Source of the DNA: Octopus bimaculoides
Taxonomy: Eukaryota
Length of the DNA: 36,600 nucleotides
Assembly (NCBI RefSeq): GCF_001194135.2
Contig: NC_068982.1
Location: 154,241,210-154,277,809 of the forward strand
Reading direction: 5' to 3'
Position 1 is the stretch's first letter. Every line of letters begins with the position of its first letter. Positions 32,871 to 36,600 of this stretch are shown piece after piece. The position numbers and the translations under genes are program-made. The notes under the pieces are model-generated. The model did no database searches, was not told the DNA's origin, and saw nothing but the letters and a program-made list of their open reading frames with translations.

Positions 32871-33082
32871 CGCGCGCGTGTGTCTGTGTGTGTGTGTGTG
32901 TGTGTGTCTGTGCTTGTCCCCTCAACATCGCTTGACAACCGATGCTGGTGTGTTTATGTCCCCGTAACTATGCGACTCGGCAAAAGAGACCGATAGAATA
33001 AGTACTAGGCATCCAAAGAATAAGTCCTGGGGTCGATTTGCTCGACTAAATGACTGAAATAAGTAAAAGAGTAAAAGAGTAA
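32495..33082 (+). mobile_element. SINE family A, full length, with central (TA)n...(TG)n expansion spanning a gap
   Basis: Head 32495-32660, microsatellite and gap, 3' half ~32905-33082 ending GTAAAAGAGTAAAAGAGT. Confidence 0.92.
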
Positions 33083-33144
33083 ATCGGTACGGAGTCGACA
33101 TAAGACCTCAACGGACGTTCATAAGCCTTAAAAACATTCACCCT

Positions 33145-33345
33145 GTCACTGCCTATAGGCACAGCGTAGTGGATAAAGTGTTGATTAATGGAGTGCAGTC
33201 ACCTACAAGTTCTGAGTTCAATCCCATGCAAAGCACTAAGGTGAATCACAAGACACATGAAGGAGGCTGAAGTGTACAACAGTAGAAACGTAGTGAAAGC
33301 ATCAAGATGTGGACACCAGTCCGAATAATGTAAATAGTGTACAGA
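33145..33345 (+). mobile_element. Diverged tRNA-head/hammerhead element
   Basis: CAGCGTAGTGG and GAGTTCAATCCC boxes, hammerhead relic, tail CAAGATGTGGACA...AATGTAAATAGTGTACA homologous to 23529-23575. Confidence 0.68.
33252..33295 (+). ncRNA. Degenerate minimal hammerhead motif
   Basis: GACAC-ATGAAGG-A-GGCTG-AAGTGTACAA-CAGTA-GAAA-CGT-A-GTG; GAAA and ACGT intact, GUA triplet, two core substitutions. Confidence 0.6.
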
Positions 33346-33524
33346 GTGTTCTATGTTTGTTGCATGAAGCTAGTCATTTTTTAGATTAATGTGATATATT
33401 ATCAGACTAATCTTATATGCGTTTGCCTGATTATATGCACCTGTTTGCATAATATGCATTATCCTATCGTATAAAAGCATTCTTTACACTTAAAAGTTCT
33501 TTGTTTGTATGTATGTATGTATGT

Positions 33525-33700
33525 TTTTTACTTGTATTAATCATTGCTCGGCAGTCATGCTGGATTGGTACCTTGAAGGGTTTAGTCGACCAAAGTACTT
33601 ATTTTGTGAAATCTGATACTTTCTTCCATCGTACCTCTTTGACGAAAACAAACCAACGCTGGTTGTCAACTGCTGGGAGAACAAACGGAAAGACGCATAG
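33525..33700 (-). mobile_element. SINE family A-related 3' half, old
   Basis: TTTTACTTGT...CAGTCATGCTGGA...TTTAGTCGAC...GGTTGTCAAC parallels 12258-12430. Confidence 0.6.
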
Positions 33701-33791
33701 ATAGATACATAAAAGCATAGTCAGATATAAATATATACAGAGTTATATATTTATATTCTTATCATACATGTACGCATTTGCATATACACAG

Positions 33792-33793
<2 letters not shown>

Positions 33794-33868
<75 letters not shown>

Positions 33869-34183
33869 TATTGTTTATCGAGACTGAATGTTAATATGCA
33901 AAGATACAAGTATCTTTCACCTTACGAAAGCGTCGTGTTTTTGAGAATATTGTAGAGCAAGAGAAATATTTTGTGAGAGGAATTCCCAAATTGTAGAAAC
34001 ATTTTCAGAAATGCAATACTTCGGTAACGAATGACATTGCTGAGCGTGCACGCTTGTTTTTGAATGACAATTTGAGAAACGCAGCGTTTCCGTAATGCTG
34101 TAAAGGCCTGCGAGCATGTGTGCGTGTATGTGTGCATGTATAAGTGTGTATATAACTATATGCATGTGCGTGTGTGTGTATAT

Positions 34184-34234
<51 letters not shown>

Positions 34235-34241
34235 TTCATCA
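33794..34241. repeat. (TG)n-(TGCG)n tract (33794-33869) and (CAT)n tract (34184-34241)
   Basis: Seen directly; the sequence between the two tracts is non-repetitive. Confidence 0.93.
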
Positions 34242-36059
34242 TAAGCTGCATTTGTTGTAGTGAATTCGAAGAATTTATATAATAATCAACTTGTTCGTTT
34301 GCCCGTTATACTTTAGTTAGTTAGTTAGGTAGATATGAATTGAGTGAGGGGTGGAGTAAAAATGAAAGAGAAAGAAGGGGGAGAGGGAGAGAAGGAGTGT
34401 CACTAGAGAAGAAGAAAACGAGGAAGAAGTAGTGAAAGCTGATGCCAAATGCATCACGTAGTTGAAGGGAGAGCCGAAGAGCGAGAGAAAAAGATGACGA
34501 GGGAAAAGAGGAAAAGAGGGAGAGTGTTAAGGGCGTGCTATAGGGTGGGGATGGGAAGGTAAAAAGAAAGAGATATGTTTAGGGTACAATATTTAGCAGT
34601 GGGTGATGTTCTGGCGGTAAGGTTAAAGAAAGTCAAATACAAAGAGATGGACATGGGAAGCAGTTACATTCAGAGAGAAAGAGAGAGAGACAGAGAGAGA
34701 GAGAGAGAGGGGGGGAGCATTGTATTGTCAGAGTAGATATACATCGACAGCAAGAAAAAGTAGATATAAACAATGAGATCAACTGAAGTGAAATAAAATG
34801 AGCTTTGTTACTGAAAATTATAGTGATGATGATGATGGTAGTGTGTTGATAGTGAAAAAAAAATGTTTTTCTTATTGAAATAAATCTATAATATTATTCT
34901 CCCTGTTAATTCACACTTTACGCTTTAGTGTGTTAGAGAGGAGGAGGAGGAGCGAGAAAGTAGGTAACCAACTGATGTATTATACTGTCACTCATGTGGT
35001 TAGTGGAAGTGAGAGGTGAAGAGAAAGAGAGAAATGAAGATGGGAATTACACGGTTAAAAAGTTTATTGAAGAAGCAGAGAAAAAGAGGGAAATATAAAG
35101 TGCTTAGCAGAAAGAAACTTTAAAATCATATAATATATATTATTGTGACTGGAAGTGAAATGATTTAGCATACTAAAAATAAAAATGCAAATCATAGTTT
35201 CTTTCTTAAATTGGTTCTCTTAATCTTTTTCGTTCTGTGGAATTTCCTCGGGACCCACTAGATAATATCGTTAGGATTGCTTATCATTCACATCAATACT
35301 TTTTGTTCGCTTCTAAATGAACGACGAAATTTGTTATCAACATATTTTTTTATAGGAAGAAAACGAAAAAAAAAAAGTAAAAAATATCGAATTATCGAGA
35401 GAAAAACCCTCACCAAAGAAACAAAGCAAAAGATAAAAGGGTGGGTAAGCATCAGAAGATAGGGGAGGAGTGAGTAACGAGTTTTACACCCCAGATCAAA
35501 TGGCGTGTTCAGCTGTACGTTGCGGAGATGAGTGCGAAGGTGTTGACGCGGAGAAAAGCCAGCGACGCTCGCTGCAACAGCCAGCCAACCTCTCGGTCTG
35601 CGTTTCTCAAATAACGAAATTAGAATTTTTTTCTATATAAAAATGAGTTAGCTTCCCTTACCATATTGAGATATTGAGTTATTCCCCTTTACATAGTTTA
35701 TTAGTAGACTTATCCTTGCATATGCAAGTGTATACCAGTCTGAGGGAGAGTGTGAGTGTGTGCATGAGTGTGTGTATGTGTGTTGTGTGTGATTGTTTGT
35801 ATACACTTGCCAACCACACACACACACATGCGCACACACATTAATTAATCATTTTTGTTTTTATCATTTAGTCAAGAAGGAAGACGGTGCTCCGACTTGT
35901 TGCACGGACTCCAAAAGTGATGGAAAACAGGGGAGAAGGTATCCTGAAGTGGGAAACTAACCCTTAATGCTTCCAACGAAATGCATTCCGCTAAAGGCAG
36001 TCAATATGTCATGTGATGGTGTTAAACCGGGGAACGGATTAAGCCTATTGTCGAATTAG

Positions 36060-36255
36060 AGCATGGTGAGATTTGAACTCAGAACGCAAAACTCCGAGAT
36101 AACAACCGCCAGACATGCCCTCCTTGGAATGGAACCTTCCTTTTTTTCGACCTCGAAAGAATGAAATGTAAGGTGGACATCGGTGGGATTTGAACTCAGA
36201 GCGAAGAATCTCAGAACAAATACAGTGCAGTTTCTGTCTGACGTTCTAACGACTC
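36060..36255 (-). mobile_element. SINE family B fragments, old
   Basis: TTTTTCGACCTCGAAAGAATGAAA...GGATTTGAACTCAGA is the reverse complement of the family B core; a second ATTTGAACTCAGAACG at ~36070. Confidence 0.65.
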
Positions 36256-36600
36256 ATTTCAGACTGTAATTTGTGGCCTCAAATGAAAGACCAGAAACCA
36301 CTTTCATTAGCTTACAGTTGTTTCGGACAAAGGGAACAGTGCTACAGGGTTGAGTAACAGTGCAAAATCTTGCATTTCAACAGAGCGTGCACTTATTTTC
36401 TGGTTCATATAAGAACAAGGAGCGGAGAATATCAGTAAGTTTACACTACCTCGACTCCAGATTTTAGAAATAGTGTGCATCATAGGTATTATAAGAATAA
36501 GCATATTGCGTCCTAGCAACTACTTATCGATCTTGCTAAGGTAAATCTGAATTATAGCATACAAACATATATACATACATACATACAATATTCTCCAGTT

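Noticed and set aside
34340-34720. Purine-rich tract as a triplex or regulatory element
   Set aside because: Low-complexity GA-rich DNA is common in this window and shows no specific structure.
585-36519. Supplied ORFs rich in MYVC, HTHT, ERER, YIYI or IIII, and all X-filled ORFs
   Set aside because: They are translations of microsatellites or read-through of N gaps, with no coding signal.

Overview
AT-rich, repeat-saturated eukaryotic DNA with ten N-gaps (~3.9 kb in total). I find no intact protein-coding gene and no genuine tRNA or rRNA gene; nearly all supplied ORFs are microsatellite read-throughs, gap-spanning artefacts or decayed transposon fragments. From memory the SINEs and (CATA)n-associated LINEs resemble octopus/cephalopod repeats (inference, not searched). 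Content: decayed non-LTR retrotransposons (R4/Dong-like, CR1, RTE, L1/Tx1), DNA transposons (mariner, maT-like, hAT MITE), LTR pieces, at least four tRNA-derived SINE families and many microsatellites. Two signals stand out. (1) Five segments contain a minimal type I hammerhead-ribozyme fold of the Penelope type; four lie downstream of a tRNA-like Pol III head, and several sit in head-to-head or fold-back arrangements, suggesting a tRNA-SINE/hammerhead hybrid element. (2) An LTR is followed by six ~39-bp-spaced tRNA-Trp primer-binding-site-like units. All alignments, translations and folds were done by eye; unless a junction is quoted, coordinates are approximate.
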